Shown piece by piece: positions 43,382 through 57,845 of a stretch of 64,000 nt of DNA. Under the pieces are notes generated by a model. The model ran no database searches, was not told where the DNA came from, and saw nothing but the letters and a program-made list of their open reading frames with translations. Numbering within the stretch: position 1 is the first letter of the stretch; the number at the start of each line of letters is the position of its first letter. This stretch comes from Eledone cirrhosa (taxonomy: Eukaryota): positions 40,858,001 through 40,922,000 of the forward strand of contig OZ024753.1 in assembly GCA_964016885.1 (NCBI GenBank), written 5' to 3'. A program made the position numbers and the translations under genes.

Positions 43382-44168
43382 ATTTTCTCTTTCTTGGCAA
43401 CGAAGGTCTTCTCTTGCAATACGCTAAAACTGATGCTGTTGGAAATATCTACAAAACCTTTATAACTCCTTCTTATGTTTCCCAAAGACTTCGTTTCTCT
43501 TTCTGTTCTCCTTTCATTGCTTTCTGGGAATTATTGATTTTAGCCTAGTTTTTCTAATATTGTTCTTTTTTAATGATACGTTTTCCTATCAGTATTTTAT
43601 TTATTTCAACGATATCCCTCTGTTGTTCTTTGTTTTTTTTTGTGTTTTTTGTGTTTTGTTTTTTTGGTCATTGACAATAATAGCTTTTTTTTTTTTTAAT
43701 ATGTACACATATATGTGTTTCTTTGTTTGGCAGAGATAGTGAGAGATGGGCACAGAATATGATTATATGTGTGCGTCTGTGTTTATGTATGTAAGAATGT
43801 ATGTTGGGGATGTGTTTGTATATTATATATATATGTGTGTGTGTGTGTATGTGTCTATGTGTGTGTGAGTGTGCAAGGTTGTAGATGGGTTGTATCTTTG
43901 ATCTTTCTACACCCCTAGAGACTAGTTAGATCGATATAATTGAGGATCTATCTAACCTTCTTTAAATTAATGCCTCTTAGAAAAAAACCTGCAGATCACA
44001 CACACACACACACACACACATGAATATTCATATATATATATATATGTGTGTGTGCGTGTGTAAGTATTTATTGATGCATACATAGTGTGTGTTCATATAT
44101 AGAGAGAGAGGGGGGAGAGATTCAGTATTGCAGACTCTCTCTCTCCCCTCTCTCTTTCTCCCTACCCC

Positions 44169-44203
<35 letters not shown>

Positions 44204-44396
44204 CACATATATATATATATAAACATAGATATATATATATACACACACTTATATATATATATATACACACATATATATATATATATATACACACTTATAT
44301 ATATATATGTATATATATATATACACTTATATATATATATATATATACACTTATATATATATACACACACATATATATATATACATATATATATAC

Positions 44397-44472
<76 letters not shown>

Positions 44473-44475
44473 CCT

Positions 44476-44509
<34 letters not shown>

Positions 44510-44527
44510 TATATATATATATACACT

Positions 44528-44576
<49 letters not shown>

Positions 44577-44699
44577 CTGTGTGTGTTCGTGTGTGCCATT
44601 GGTCACCCGCTTAGATAACTGAGATAAATCAAAGGTGAAGTAGAATGGCTGATGGTGCCACCGTTGGGCACTGAGAGGAGTCGTTTAGAGGGAGGGGCA

Positions 44700-45275
44700 C
44701 TTTCAGAGCCCTGGCTACTTAATTGATTTGAAGTAGGAGTAGTGGTTTGAGTGGAACGAGTAAATGTTGTGTAAGGGTTGTGTTGTCTTAATTAGACAGT
44801 AATTAGGTAACTAGATGGGCAAAAAGCAGAGATGACTGTGTAAAAGATTACATCTTAAGGAGAAAGAAAGATGTTAAGAATGTTTGGAGAATCAATGACT
44901 TCGATCTGGGATACGAGTGGGTGGAGATACTAAGTGGTAGAGTTAGCTTAGAACTGCAAGCAATTTAAGCACTCTGGATATTGTGGCCGTGTGTATGAAG
45001 AGTGAGTTGGGGGTGTGGCTGAAGAGTTCGAAACCTAGAATGAGTTGCATGTGTTGATGTAAGGAGAAGAAGATGACTTCAGAGAGATATTGAGATTAGA
45101 ATTGATGGCCTAAGTATCCAGCATGAGATAGCCGTTGTATAATTACTGATGGTGGTTGGAGGAGTTTGGTGAGCCACACATGCGGCGGCAGATGAACATC
45201 AAAGAAAGAAAGATTTCGTGCGAAAGCAATTTGAAATCTCTAATACTGATATCCAGGTAAGAAACCGAAGAAGAA
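44700..45275 (-). mobile_element. Highly degenerate Penelope-like RT/thumb ORF remnant
   Basis: Minus strand SSVSYLDISIRD (cf. PLE FLDI motif), FICRRMC (cf. FLRLRRIC), PLSISTHSYPRSKSLILQTF (cf. PLVLTYHP...IKSIIL); many stops and frameshifts. Confidence 0.4.
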
Positions 45276-45357
45276 AGAACTAAGGGTGATATATAATAGA
45301 AATAACGAGAGAGAAAGAGTGTGTGTAAAGTGATATAGATAGAACTAGAGAGAGAGG

Positions 45358-45436
<79 letters not shown>

Positions 45437-45923
45437 TGCAGTGCTGAGACCCGTATTTTACATCTCTTTCTCACTATGTAGAGTGAGATCAAGGGAGGTG
45501 AGAAACGTGGACACTCTGTTCTGTATAACATCTAACATCACATTTCAGAAAGTATTTAGAATGCAATGTTGGATTAAAGATAAAGATGTACGTTATATTT
45601 TTGTCACAAGGAGGAATAAATGATGCATTGATAGATGCAACTGACTGTGGTCGTTGGAGCACTTCGGCTGCCTGATACGGCTTGAGATGCGGGAGTTTCT
45701 AAGTCTAAGGCTAAGTTTGTATTGCTTTTGTTATGGTTGTTGTTTAACCACTGACCAGCTCTAATAAAGTAGTCCTATGACAAGAGCATTCCATCCACGC
45801 CATCCATTGTTATTTCAGATAATTCATCTCAAATCTACATTGTTCCTCCTTTTTTTAATGATAATCTTTACTATAAGGGGATTGTGGCTGCTATTTCAGA
45901 TATTCAATTCAACCGAATAGAAG

Positions 45924-46150
45924 GAATAACCAAATGAGGTTTATTTTTCAACATAATCCCCGGAAAGAAACATTGTAGTTATTAATGCAAGCAAGACTTC
46001 ACAGCCCTAGCATCAATCCTTCATAAGCTGACCAAGACACTGCCATGGAATGACCAAATGAGGTTTATTTTTCAACATAGTCCCCAGAAGGAAACTATGT
46101 AGTTATTAATGAGTGCAAAATTTCACAGCTCTAGCATCACTCCTTCATAG
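45924..46150. repeat. Diverged direct duplication, ~124-bp unit x2
   Basis: ACCAAATGAGGTTTATTTTTCAACATA...CTAGCATCA.TCCTTCATA twice. Confidence 0.75.
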
Positions 46151-47115
46151 TCAGCCTATGAACCTGTCAGGCCACCCTCGTACATGCTCTTTCTGAGAGA
46201 GTATACGTACACGGTGATTACAAAACAGAATCTATACACCTATGTTAGAGGAACGACCGTAAGGGAACTGTAACTTTTAAAACTAATTTTTAGGTTTTTA
46301 CATTTTTGATTTTTTCAAATAAAACCTATTTTAAAATTATATTATATTTCGTTGGATATTTAGAGATTAATTATTTAGCTCCCTATTCATCGAGTCAGTA
46401 GAATGAAATAAGGAACAATGTACGAAGAGGGAGCAGTTTGCGGTTAATGAGGATAAGTCACGTGTCTAAGATGGCGACTTGAGAAATAAGATTCGAAGAT
46501 GAACACGTGACTATGCGTACTTTATCGATTGAGTGTCCACTGAATACTTTGGTTCCATCATTAAGCTGGTTAGTCATGCTGTGATTCTTGAGTACAATTA
46601 CATACTCATTGCCCATATACAGACACAGTTGCATACATACACACATACATACATACATACATACATACATACATACATACATACATACATACATACATAC
46701 ATGGTGGCTGCCAACTCGTTTTCGAGTACGGCCACTACTTTATATCCATGTAGGAGAACCCCTACCGAAGCGCTGCATGAGTGTGACTTTTTAGTCCAGC
46801 CAGCGACTTGAAAACTCTGGTACAAACACTACACTTGTGACAATTATTGACACATAGTGCTGGGCCCATGGTACCATGTGAGGACAAGTGCAGAGAGATC
46901 TCCAGATATAAAGCAATGCCTGTGCCGTGAAGCTTTTATAGTGAGCAAAGGCACTGCACAAAGCCAGTCCCACTCTCTTAACCAAGATGATATTTACCAA
47001 AAAGAAGAACAAGTCAACATCATTGGATACCATCAAGGTTGCAGGTGTTATATCAGAGTTTTCCTTCTCCTAGAATTCTGCCTTGACAAAGGCTAAGGGG
47101 TCATCTCTCCCGACA

Positions 47116-47148
<33 letters not shown>

Positions 47149-47719
47149 GTAAGTATATTTCCCAATTAGACTTAAACAACATAATAGAACAAAGTACGCT
47201 TCATTCTTCACTCCGTATTAGCTGTGATATCTGAATGGATACTCAATGGTAATGAACCAACCACTATCTATATTAAGGACATTAACAACACTACTACTAC
47301 TAATACTTCATCAGCTAACTGGTACCAGAATATCCAAAGGAATAGGGTTGTTGAGATTTTAATGTCAAGGAGGGCAGTCCGATCAGAAATTAAGAGGTTC
47401 AAAGTAAAACCGAAATAAGACAGTGCGTTATTAAAAGAGCAGAATATACCCTCATTAACCAGTATGAATGTATGTTAGCTGGTGGTGGTCATCGTGCTGG
47501 TTGTGGTGGTGTTGGTAATGGTGGTCGGGATTTCTAACATTAGACACGAGGCACATGTATAGATAAAAGAAGGGTTTGTTATAACCGACCCGGGATTTCA
47601 TTGGTAATTATTTCCTCGGGAGTCTTAAATTCAAAGTCTTAGCGGGATTTAACCACAGAACACAAAGACGCTTAATAAAGTATAAGAAAGGCAGCGTCTC
47701 TGATGCTTACCCAATGCTG

Positions 47720-48146
47720 GTTTCTGATTTAGGCACAAGGCCAACAATTTTGGGGGAGAGAAAGTCGTTTAAATCGAAACCAGTGTGTTACTGGTACTTT
47801 ATTTTATTGACTCCGTAAGGATGAAAGGCAAAGCAAACCTCGGCGGGATTTGAACTCAGACCGTAAAGGGACGTAACTATGCTGTAAAGCATGGCGTCCG
47901 ACCCTCTACCGAAACTGCCAATCCTCCACCTTATAATGATAATAATAATAATAATAATTGTTTCTACTTTTGGCACAAGGCCAGCAATTATCCCAGTGTA
48001 TTACTGGTACTTTATTTTATCGACCTCGTAAGGATGAAAGGCAAAGTTAACCTCGGCGGGATTTGAACTCAGAACATAAAGGGCCGTAACTCTTTGCTGC
48101 AAAGCATGGCGTCCGACCCTCTACCGATACAGCCAATCCACCGCCC
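47720..48146 (-). mobile_element. Two tandem SINE copies
   Basis: 47720-47930 and 47954-48146, family match. Confidence 0.85.
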
Positions 48147-48741
48147 TTTCATCAATAATAATAATAATACTAATAATAACAACGATAACAATTATAATGC
48201 TGATATCTATCGTTATTATCAGAGGTATTTCTCTGATGGTGGTGAAAGGTGTGACGAGTTGTGGCTTGTTAGCTAAGAATTGGTGAGAAACTGCTTCGGG
48301 GATTCCTTATAATGAACGGTGTAGTTTGAAGTGGTTATTGGGGGGGGGGGGGGCAGGAGGAGAGGGACGGGATGGTGGCAGGGTGTCAGGCAGTATAATA
48401 GAACACAATTAGTAAATGAGATGGGAGTGAAGCTAGCCTAGTGTGGTAAGCGGCGGTGGGTTGGGTTTCATCTGATAACTGAAAGGTAGGTGCGTGATTA
48501 AGGAGGAAACTTTTTTGTGGATTTTGTGACGTCTCTAACCAAAAGACATTGACGAGCAAGGAGATATGTGTAAAACAATAGAATATATATGTGTATGTGT
48601 ATCTGAATATATATATATATGTATTTATATGTAAATATATATGTGAATGTGTATTTGTACAGAATATATATATGTGTGTGTGTGTGTGCGTGTGTGTGTT
48701 TCTGGCAATAGTATTACAACAATATGACCCTCCCCATGTAT

Positions 48742-48854
<113 letters not shown>

Positions 48855-48918
48855 TTTGTGTGTGTGTAAATAGAATATATATACATATATGTCTATATAT
48901 ATATTTATATATATATAT

Positions 48919-49084
48919 ATGAAACAAGAGGCCCCTCTCCACCCCCACCCCCGCCCCCAATCCTTAAGTGCCCTAAATGAAGAATCGGTGTTTCAGCAGA
49001 TTTTGTGGTAACTGGGTTGCAACAAACCTTCTGTTTTGCATTTACTAACTGGGGCCCAGTTAATGCAAAACATACATCTATTCT

Positions 49085-49147
<63 letters not shown>

Positions 49148-49161
49148 TATATACATATATG

Positions 49162-49196
<35 letters not shown>

Positions 49197-49362
49197 AGAA
49201 TAGATGTATGTTTTGCATTAACTGGGCCCCAGTTAGTAAATGCAAAACAGAAGGTTTGTTGCAACCCAGTTACCACAAAATCTGCTGAAACAGCGATTCT
49301 TCATTTAGGGCACTTAAGGTTTGGGGGCGGGGGTGGGGGTGGAGGGGGGCCTCTTGTTTCAT
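48919..49362. repeat. Long near-perfect inverted repeat (~185-bp arms) around a CA/TA/TG microsatellite
   Basis: ATGAAACAAGAGGCCCC...CTATTCTACACAC mirrored at ~49173-49362 with a few substitutions. Confidence 0.9.
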
Positions 49363-49784
49363 AAAGGTCTCCAAGTAAAAAGCAGAGGATCAATTCTCCC
49401 TGGGAAAAGGTCTGTGATGACATTATCCCTCGAAAATTGTCCTGAGATAGATTAATGCATACATAACCCCTTAAATAATTGTTTCTACTTTAGGCACAAG
49501 GCCAGCAATTACCCAGTACATTACTGGTACTTTATTTTATCGACCCCAGAGGGTCGTATCTTACGACAGGACTCAGCTGGTTAGTATGGAGTGAGACATG
49601 CTTCACTGGTTGACACAAGTTCTTGGGGAAACATTAGATATAGAATTATTAAAACACCTTTAAAAGCCACTGTGGTCACGGTTGAGAAGTGTTAGGTGGT
49701 AGATCTATTAGACCTAGCTAAACAACAACAACAGCAACAACATTGCACAAGCTGCTTTGCTGCTGCTATTTCTACTACTACTAC

Positions 49785-49831
<47 letters not shown>

Positions 49832-49868
49832 TTATTATTATTACTACTAGTGCCACTACTACTACTAA

Positions 49869-49900
<32 letters not shown>

Positions 49901-49941
49901 CGCTATTTTTACTACTACTGCCACTACTACTACTACTACTG

Positions 49942-50012
<71 letters not shown>

Positions 50013-50879
50013 GCTGCTACTACGATTCCTGTAATACAGCAGCGATGATGATGACACTCTAGTAGTTCTAATGTTGATGATTATGAGATATTGAGTGGTC
50101 TTAAGAAGAAATGTGGTAGCAGAGGGGAGTGGGGAGATGGAGGGGAGTGGGGAGAGGGAGGGGAGAGGAAAGAAGAGATATAGAGAGATAGAGAGAGAGG
50201 TAGAGATAGAGGGTTGGGAGAGAGAGAGGGAGAGATAGAGGGTTGGGAGACAGATAGAGGGTTGGGAGAGAGAGAGAGAGAGTGGGAGACATAGGGAGAG
50301 AGAGGAAAAAATATAGAGATAGAAAGAGAGGGGGGAGATAGAGGGAGAGAGAGAGGGGGAGAGAGAGTGGGGGGAGCGAGAGAGAGAGAGGGAGAGAAAT
50401 GAAACAAAGACATCGTTGATAGAAGGTGAAGTATGTAGGAGTGGAAGAAAAGGTGAGGAGATGAAAGGAAGGTGACGACAGGGAAAATAAGGGGAAAGGA
50501 AAGGTGAAAGGGAAGGAAAGAAGAGCAGAAAAGGGGTTAGGTGGGTCTTGGAGAAGAAAGTAAGAAGAAGGAGAATTAAGAAAAACTGAGGTAAGAATTT
50601 AAAAAATATATATAATCCCCCTTCCCACCCCCTCCAATAAAACAAACAAAAAAAGACGAAGAACAGGAAAAGATGACAAGAAAAAGAGACAAAAAATAAG
50701 TAAAAATGATGGAAAATAAACAAAAGATAAATTAATGAATAAATAAATAAATAAGTAAATAAATATATAAAAGACGAAAGTGGAACAATAGACAGAAAAA
50801 CGTAGTAGTAGCAGCAGCAGTAGTAGTGGTGATGCTCGTGGTGACTGTAGTAGCTGTAGTGGTGGTACCAGCATTTTAA

Positions 50880-51205
50880 AACTTTGATTTTGAAAGTAGG
50901 TTTATAATAATCAATTTTCATTACACTTTTGTAGATGTCTCGGTGGCCAAGTTGGAGGAATCATAGACGGAGGTGATCCTGTTCTGAAGTTCGATCCTGG
51001 TCGGGAGTAGAGTTCCGATAAATTTTTTCAGTTTTTTTCTGTTGGTTGTAAAATAAAAACTGAAAAAGGTTACATGTATCTCTTTACCAGGATTGAACCC
51101 AAGACCAGGATCTCCACCGTCTCTAGTAACTACCACTAGGCCACAGAGACAACTACAAAAATCTACTGAAAATTCATACTTATAAACCTTCTTTCAAAAT
51201 TTTCA
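50880..51205. mobile_element. Fold-back element with two convergent tRNA-like (A/B box) cassettes
   Basis: +: 50937-51007 TGGCCAAGTTGG / GTTCGATCC then T-runs; -: 51150-51079 TGGCCTAGTGG / GGTTCAATCC then T-runs; arms homologous. Confidence 0.6.
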
Positions 51206-52039
51206 ATACAAAATGATGTGGTTTCGTTCATGTCTTTCTTAATTTTATTGCACCTACTTAAGGTCGACTTCTAAATCATTTGGATGTTCTATAAACTACA
51301 TCCTCGTTTTGGTTCTCATCTATTTAGACTATTTAAGCCTGAAATCCATGTTTCATTTCTGTCGCACCTCATTTACCGCCCCCTCTCTCTTTCACGTAAC
51401 GGGTGATGCAGGGCACGTTATTTCACGTTGCTCCAGTTCACTCAGCTGTATAAATCATTTGCGTCTCTGGTACCAAGTTTCATCTTTTCGGTGTCGATAA
51501 AATTAAGTACCAATAACGTATTGGGTTCGATTTGGTCGACATTCCCCTCCATCTAAATTGTAAGCCTAGTGACTCAATCAGAAACCGTTATTAAGCATAT
51601 CTCAAAAGCCGCGCTTTCCGCTACAATGAGGCAGGTGTTTGCAGGTGGAAATAAAATTCAGATCACAAAGAGTCGGAACATAAGCAAGTAAGCCGGGACA
51701 AGCATTCGACGTTCTAATAATTTCACCAATCTACAAACATTTACTGATATTTCATTTCTATTTTTGATAATTTTTCTCCCAGAAACGATGAAGCAAGTTT
51801 ATCCTGTTTGGAATTAGAACTCAAAGAGCAGAGAGTCGGAAGAAATATCGCAAACCCTTTATACCAGACACCTAACCAGCTCTGCCAATTTTCTGCCGTT
51901 GCACAATACTCTCTTCTTCTTCATACATTCAAGTCCTTTACCAACCTCCCACTCCCCATATTGTTTTCAGATATTTATTTACTCATTTATAAACTTATTT
52001 ATTTATTTATTTATGATCAGTATTTTTTTTTTCTTTCGT

Positions 52040-52452
52040 TTCTTCTTCTTCTTCTTCTTCTTCTTCTTCTTCTTCTTCTTCTTCTTCTTCTTCTTCTTCT
52101 TCTTCTTCTTCTTCTTCTTCTTCTTCTTTTCTTCTTCTTCTTCTTCTTCTTCTTCTTTTTCTTCTTCTTCTTCTTCTTCTTCTTCTTCTTCTTCTTCTTC
52201 TTCTTCTTTTTCTTCTTTTTTTCTTCTTCTTTTTCTTCTTCTTCTTCTTCTTCTTCTTCTTTGCCTTCTTCTTCTTCTTCTTCTTCTTCTTCTTCTTCTT
52301 CTTCTTCTTCTTCTTCTTCTTCTTCTTCTTCTTCTTCTTCTTTGCCTTCTTCTTCTTCTTCTTCTTCTTCTTCTTCTTCTTCTTCTTCTTCTTCTTCTTC
52401 TTCTTCTTCTTCTTCTTCTTCTTCTTCTTCTTCTTCTTCTTCTCCTTCTTCT
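52040..52452. repeat. (TTC)n polypyrimidine microsatellite
   Basis: Directly visible. Confidence 0.95.
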
Positions 52453-52784
52453 CGCTGTTCTCGTTGACTTGCTTCATTATTGTCCAATTATCATACACCA
52501 TGTTATTGTTACAATTTCATGCACGGCTAGGAGGCGGAGTAGGAGTGCATGTGGCGCTAGTGATAGTAGTGAAGGGTGTGGGGAAAAGAGGCAAGGTGTA
52601 AAACCTGTAGTAGGCGTGCCACAGAAATTATAACGAGCAGAGCTGGTGTGTGGTGCGAGGGATGAAACAGTTTCGTATTATTGTCTTTTTTGTCTTTTCT
52701 TTTTTTACCCTTATTCTTTTTTCTTTTGATATGGGGAAACAAGTTGAGTGATTCCAGCCTATATAATATATGAGTGTGTGTATG

Positions 52785-52820
<36 letters not shown>

Positions 52821-52872
52821 CGCGTGCCTGTGTGCGTGTGTGTATATATATATATGTGTGTATGTATGTATA

Positions 52873-52940
<68 letters not shown>

Positions 52941-52943
52941 TAC

Positions 52944-53211
<268 letters not shown>

Positions 53212-54061
53212 GTGTGTGTTTGTATGAAAAAAGCAAATAGATATAACAAAGCAAACAACACAGTAGAATGAAAGAATATATTAGTTTAACGTTTGATATA
53301 GTAGGAGAGGAGCCTTATTGTTTCGGGCACTAGTCCTTCATCAGAAAATAGCATGAGAAATAAAGGATGCAATAGAATGATAGAGAGAAGAGAAAGGAAC
53401 GGAAACATTTCTTTTTTTAGAAAACCACGTGTGAATTTAGTCAGCCATTTTGGAGAATGGGGTGAGGTGTTCAAATTTCAATTATGCTCTTCATTGTGCT
53501 GTTTGCGGGCTTTGTTGTTTCCGTATACTTTTGGCATATATATATATACTTATATATACAGAGAGAGAGAGGGGGGGGGCACGGAGAGAGGGGGAAGGGG
53601 GAGAGGGGCTAGAGAGAGATGGATAGATAGATAGATATAATATATTTGTGAGTGTATATATCTCTCTCTATATATATATATATCAAGATATACATAAATG
53701 TGTGTACGTCTGTGTGTGTGTGTGTGTCTGCCTGCAGGCGTGTATGTGTCCGACCCTTGTATTAATATATATGTGTGTGTATAAAACACATTTCTAGTTT
53801 CAATAATTTTTTTTTTTTCACTGATTCTGGCTTTATTAGTTCTAGTATTGTAAATTATGTTTTTCGTACAAGAAGAATTGCAATTCTGGTTTCCTCAAGG
53901 GATGCTTCCTCAATTAATTGAACTTTAAAGCATCTCGAAGCTAATGAGGTGGTATTCAGAAGAAAATAACTGAGCTGTTTTGTGGTTTTAGGCAAAACGA
54001 TATACGGACAAAAGAACCGAAAAAATCCTGTCAAAGAAATTCTGAATCATATCATCAAACG

Positions 54062-54100
<39 letters not shown>

Positions 54101-54183
54101 AGGTTGTGATGGTGGTGGTAGTGGATGTCGGGGTGATGGCAGTAGTAGTGGTGGTGCTTGTGGTAGTATAACTAATAGTTGTT

Positions 54184-54231
<48 letters not shown>

Positions 54232-54619
54232 TTCATTATCATTATTCTCATTATAATTATAGAGAAAAAATCCTGCAGACACAATTGTTAAAAATAAAAA
54301 ATAAAACCAACAAAAAACTTTATCTCGAAATCAATATAACAAATCGAATAGACAAGAATCTATTAATGAATGTAAGCAGGGAAACTATCCAGTGTATAGA
54401 GCAGAAAATAGAGATAACCAGAATCGGGTGATTTAAAACAGAAACAACATTAGTAATAATAGGTGTTGGGGGATTGATTTAAAAACAAAACAGATCTACA
54501 AATATATAATCAAAGTCCTGAGAATTACAAACACCCTCAACATAGAGGTAATTAGGTAGAGATCTGTGCTTCATAAATTGGTGTGCTTAAACATAGTCAC
54601 AAACAACCTTAAACAAATA

Positions 54620-55371
54620 TTTAGCCAAGAACTGACAGTCAAAATGATGTTTTCTGGCAGGGAAGACATCCACCTCATTCAATAACACCCCAAAACCTGA
54701 AGTGGGGTAACAACTTTCACCAGGCTAGGTGTAAATTTAAGCCAAGAACTGACGGTCAAAATGATGTTTTCTGGCAGGGAAGACATCCACCCCATTCAAT
54801 AACACCCCAAAACCTGAAGTGGGGTAACAACTTCCACCAGGCTAGGTGTAAATTTAAGCCAAGAACTGACGGTCAAAATGATGTTTTCTGGCAGGGAAGA
54901 CATCCACCCCATTCAATAACACCCCAAAACCTGAAGTGGGATAACAACTTCCACCAGGCTAGGTGTAAATTTAAGCCAAAAACTGACGGTCAAAATGATG
55001 TTTTCTGGCAGGGAAGACATCCACCCCATTCAATAACACCCCAAAACCTGAAGTGGGGTAACAACTTCCACCAGGCTAGGTGTAAATTTAAGCTAAGAAC
55101 TGACGGTCAAAATGATGTTTTCTGGCAGGGAAGACATCCACCCCATTCAATAACACCCCAAAACCTGAAGTGGGGTAACAACTTCCACCAGGCTAGGTGT
55201 AAATTTAAGCTAAGAACTGACGGTCAAAATGATGTTTTCTGGCAGGGAAGACATCCACCCCATTCAATAACACCCCAAAACCTGAAGTGGGGTAACAACT
55301 TCCACCAGGCTAGGTGTAAATTTAAGCCAAGAACTGACGGTCAAAATGATGTTTTCTGGCAGGGGAGACAT
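54620..55371. repeat. 117-bp minisatellite, ~6.4 near-identical units
   Basis: GC(C/T)AA(G/A)AACTGAC at 54624, 54741, 54858, 54975, 55092, 55209, 55326. Confidence 0.95.
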
Positions 55372-55839
55372 TTACCAGCATTGATAGCCTTCTCTTGAGA
55401 CAGATTTACATTGGAATGAGTTTGGAGAGTTGGAGATAAATTATCTCTAAAGGAGTTTGCTAATATTACATGATACAATCTGTGTTTAACTAATCTATAT
55501 GTCATGTAAACAATTATTCTTAAAGGAAAGAATGTTTTTTTTTATTTGTATATATATTTATGTGTTCTCCATGTTTTTTTTTATTTTATTTATTTATCGT
55601 TTTGTCTTCAAAAACATGTTTCATCTCCATTTCACTAAAAGAATCTAATAATATTCCGGGGAAATTTAGAATACAGAAGAAATGGTGGAAATAAGGTATT
55701 AGTATTTCATAACTCAAATATCTTGATAAGGATGGAATTATCAAATTTGATGTTGAAAAAAATGTATGTAATAAAATCAAAATAAACAAAAAAACAAGAA
55801 GCATATCTTCAAGTGAAAAATCTAAAAAAAAATTTAAAT

Positions 55840-55922
<83 letters not shown>

Positions 55923-56043
55923 TATGTATATATATATATATGTATATATGTATATATATATATGTATATATGTATATATATACATATGTATATACATAGA
56001 TATATGTACGTATATATGTATGTATATGTGTGCATATATGTAA

Positions 56044-56086
<43 letters not shown>

Positions 56087-56284
56087 ATGTATGTATATAT
56101 ATATACATATATATGTATATGTGTGCAAATATGTATGTATATATGTATGTGTATATATATTATATATATATGTATATATATATATATATATGTATGTACG
56201 TATGTATGTATGTGTGTGTGTGTCTACACACATATATATGTAGATATGTAGATATGTATCTACATATATGTAGAATACGAACGA

Positions 56285-56483
<199 letters not shown>

Positions 56484-56665
56484 GAATATGTAGATGGTTT
56501 AACATCTGTTTTCTCTTGTTCTATATATCCAGCCCTTTGTTAGTGTATATACTTACAGTAGAGCTGACTGATAACTCTTTCTAATCTACCGACACATTAT
56601 ATTAATGGCAGTAATGCCACACAGATTCACAACATATATCAATTTACATACACACACACACATAC

Positions 56666-56708
<43 letters not shown>

Positions 56709-56818
56709 TACATGAACACATACATGAACACATACACACACACACACATATATATATATATATTTGAGCTTGTATGTATGTATATATATATATATATGTA
56801 TACACACATACGCACTTC

Positions 56819-56845
<27 letters not shown>

Positions 56846-56849
<4 letters not shown>

Positions 56850-57042
56850 TTTTATTTTATAGAAGGAGCTTCTACAGGACTAGTACTGTTTCATTCAGAT
56901 GAAATCTTCAGCTGAAGATTTCATCTGAATGAAACAGTACTAGTCCTGTAGAAGCTCCTTCTATAAAATAAAAAAATGTTACTCTGCCATGTATTGAGTA
57001 CCTTACTTACTGTGGTTATCCCCGACTCAACCCGGGACCTAC
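56846..57042. mobile_element. PLE pLTR-like element, family A, perfect palindrome
   Basis: Centre ...CTTCAG|CTGAAG... at 56911/56912; both hammerheads lack the 5' strand of stem I. Confidence 0.8.
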
Positions 57043-57080
<38 letters not shown>

Positions 57081-57729
57081 GTGCGTATGTGTGTATACAT
57101 ATATATATATATATATACATACATACAAGCTCAAATACAAAGATACATATATACAAACATACATAAATAAAAACAAACATACATACATACATACATTCAA
57201 ACAAACATACATACAGACATAAATATAAACATACTTACATACATACATGCATACATACATGCATGTATACATGTATACAAACATCACACATACAAACAAA
57301 CAAATATACATATATACATACATAAAACATACATACACGCAAACATATATACATAGAAACAAACATACATTCATACATACATACATAAATAAATACATGC
57401 ATACATACATACATACATACATACATACATACATACATACATACATACATACATACATAATTCCAAAATGTTCTTTGACATTTTGGTAACTTTGATTCTG
57501 TTTGTTTTGAAACTCCCAGTGGAAAGAGAGATGAAAAATATGTCTGGATATTTTTGACCTCATGTTCAACCTGACGCCAAACTTAATCCCTTCCAACGCG
57601 CTTTTTCAGCATTGAAACCCCCTTTTTTTCTTTTGCTTTACATGGCTCTCCCGCCCTTTATTTTCTGGATCCTTTTTCTTTTTTGTCTTTTTTCTTCTTC
57701 CTGTTTCTCCCTTTAATAGAGTGTGAAGA

Positions 57730-57845
57730 CACGTGGCTGAGTGGTTATAAAATTGGAGTCTTAATTGTAAGGTTGTGAGTTCGATTCCCGGACCGGGTGA
57801 TGCGTTATGTCCTTGAGTAAGACACTGTATATCACGTTGCTCCTT
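57730..57845 (+). mobile_element. tRNA-headed CORE-like SINE
   Basis: A box TGGCTGAGTGG, B box GAGTTCGATTCC, then TGTCCTTGAGTAAGACACT resembling the CORE domain. Confidence 0.65.

Noticed and set aside
49692-50921. 409-aa minus-strand ORF
   Set aside because: Low-complexity purine and CTA repeats lacking stops
53305-53350. CTGATGA-AGG...CCC-GAAAC on minus as a hammerhead
   Set aside because: No pairing stem I or stem III/NUH site; at most a decayed PLE end
54620-55371. CRISPR-like regular array
   Set aside because: No unique spacers; eukaryotic context; plain tandem repeat
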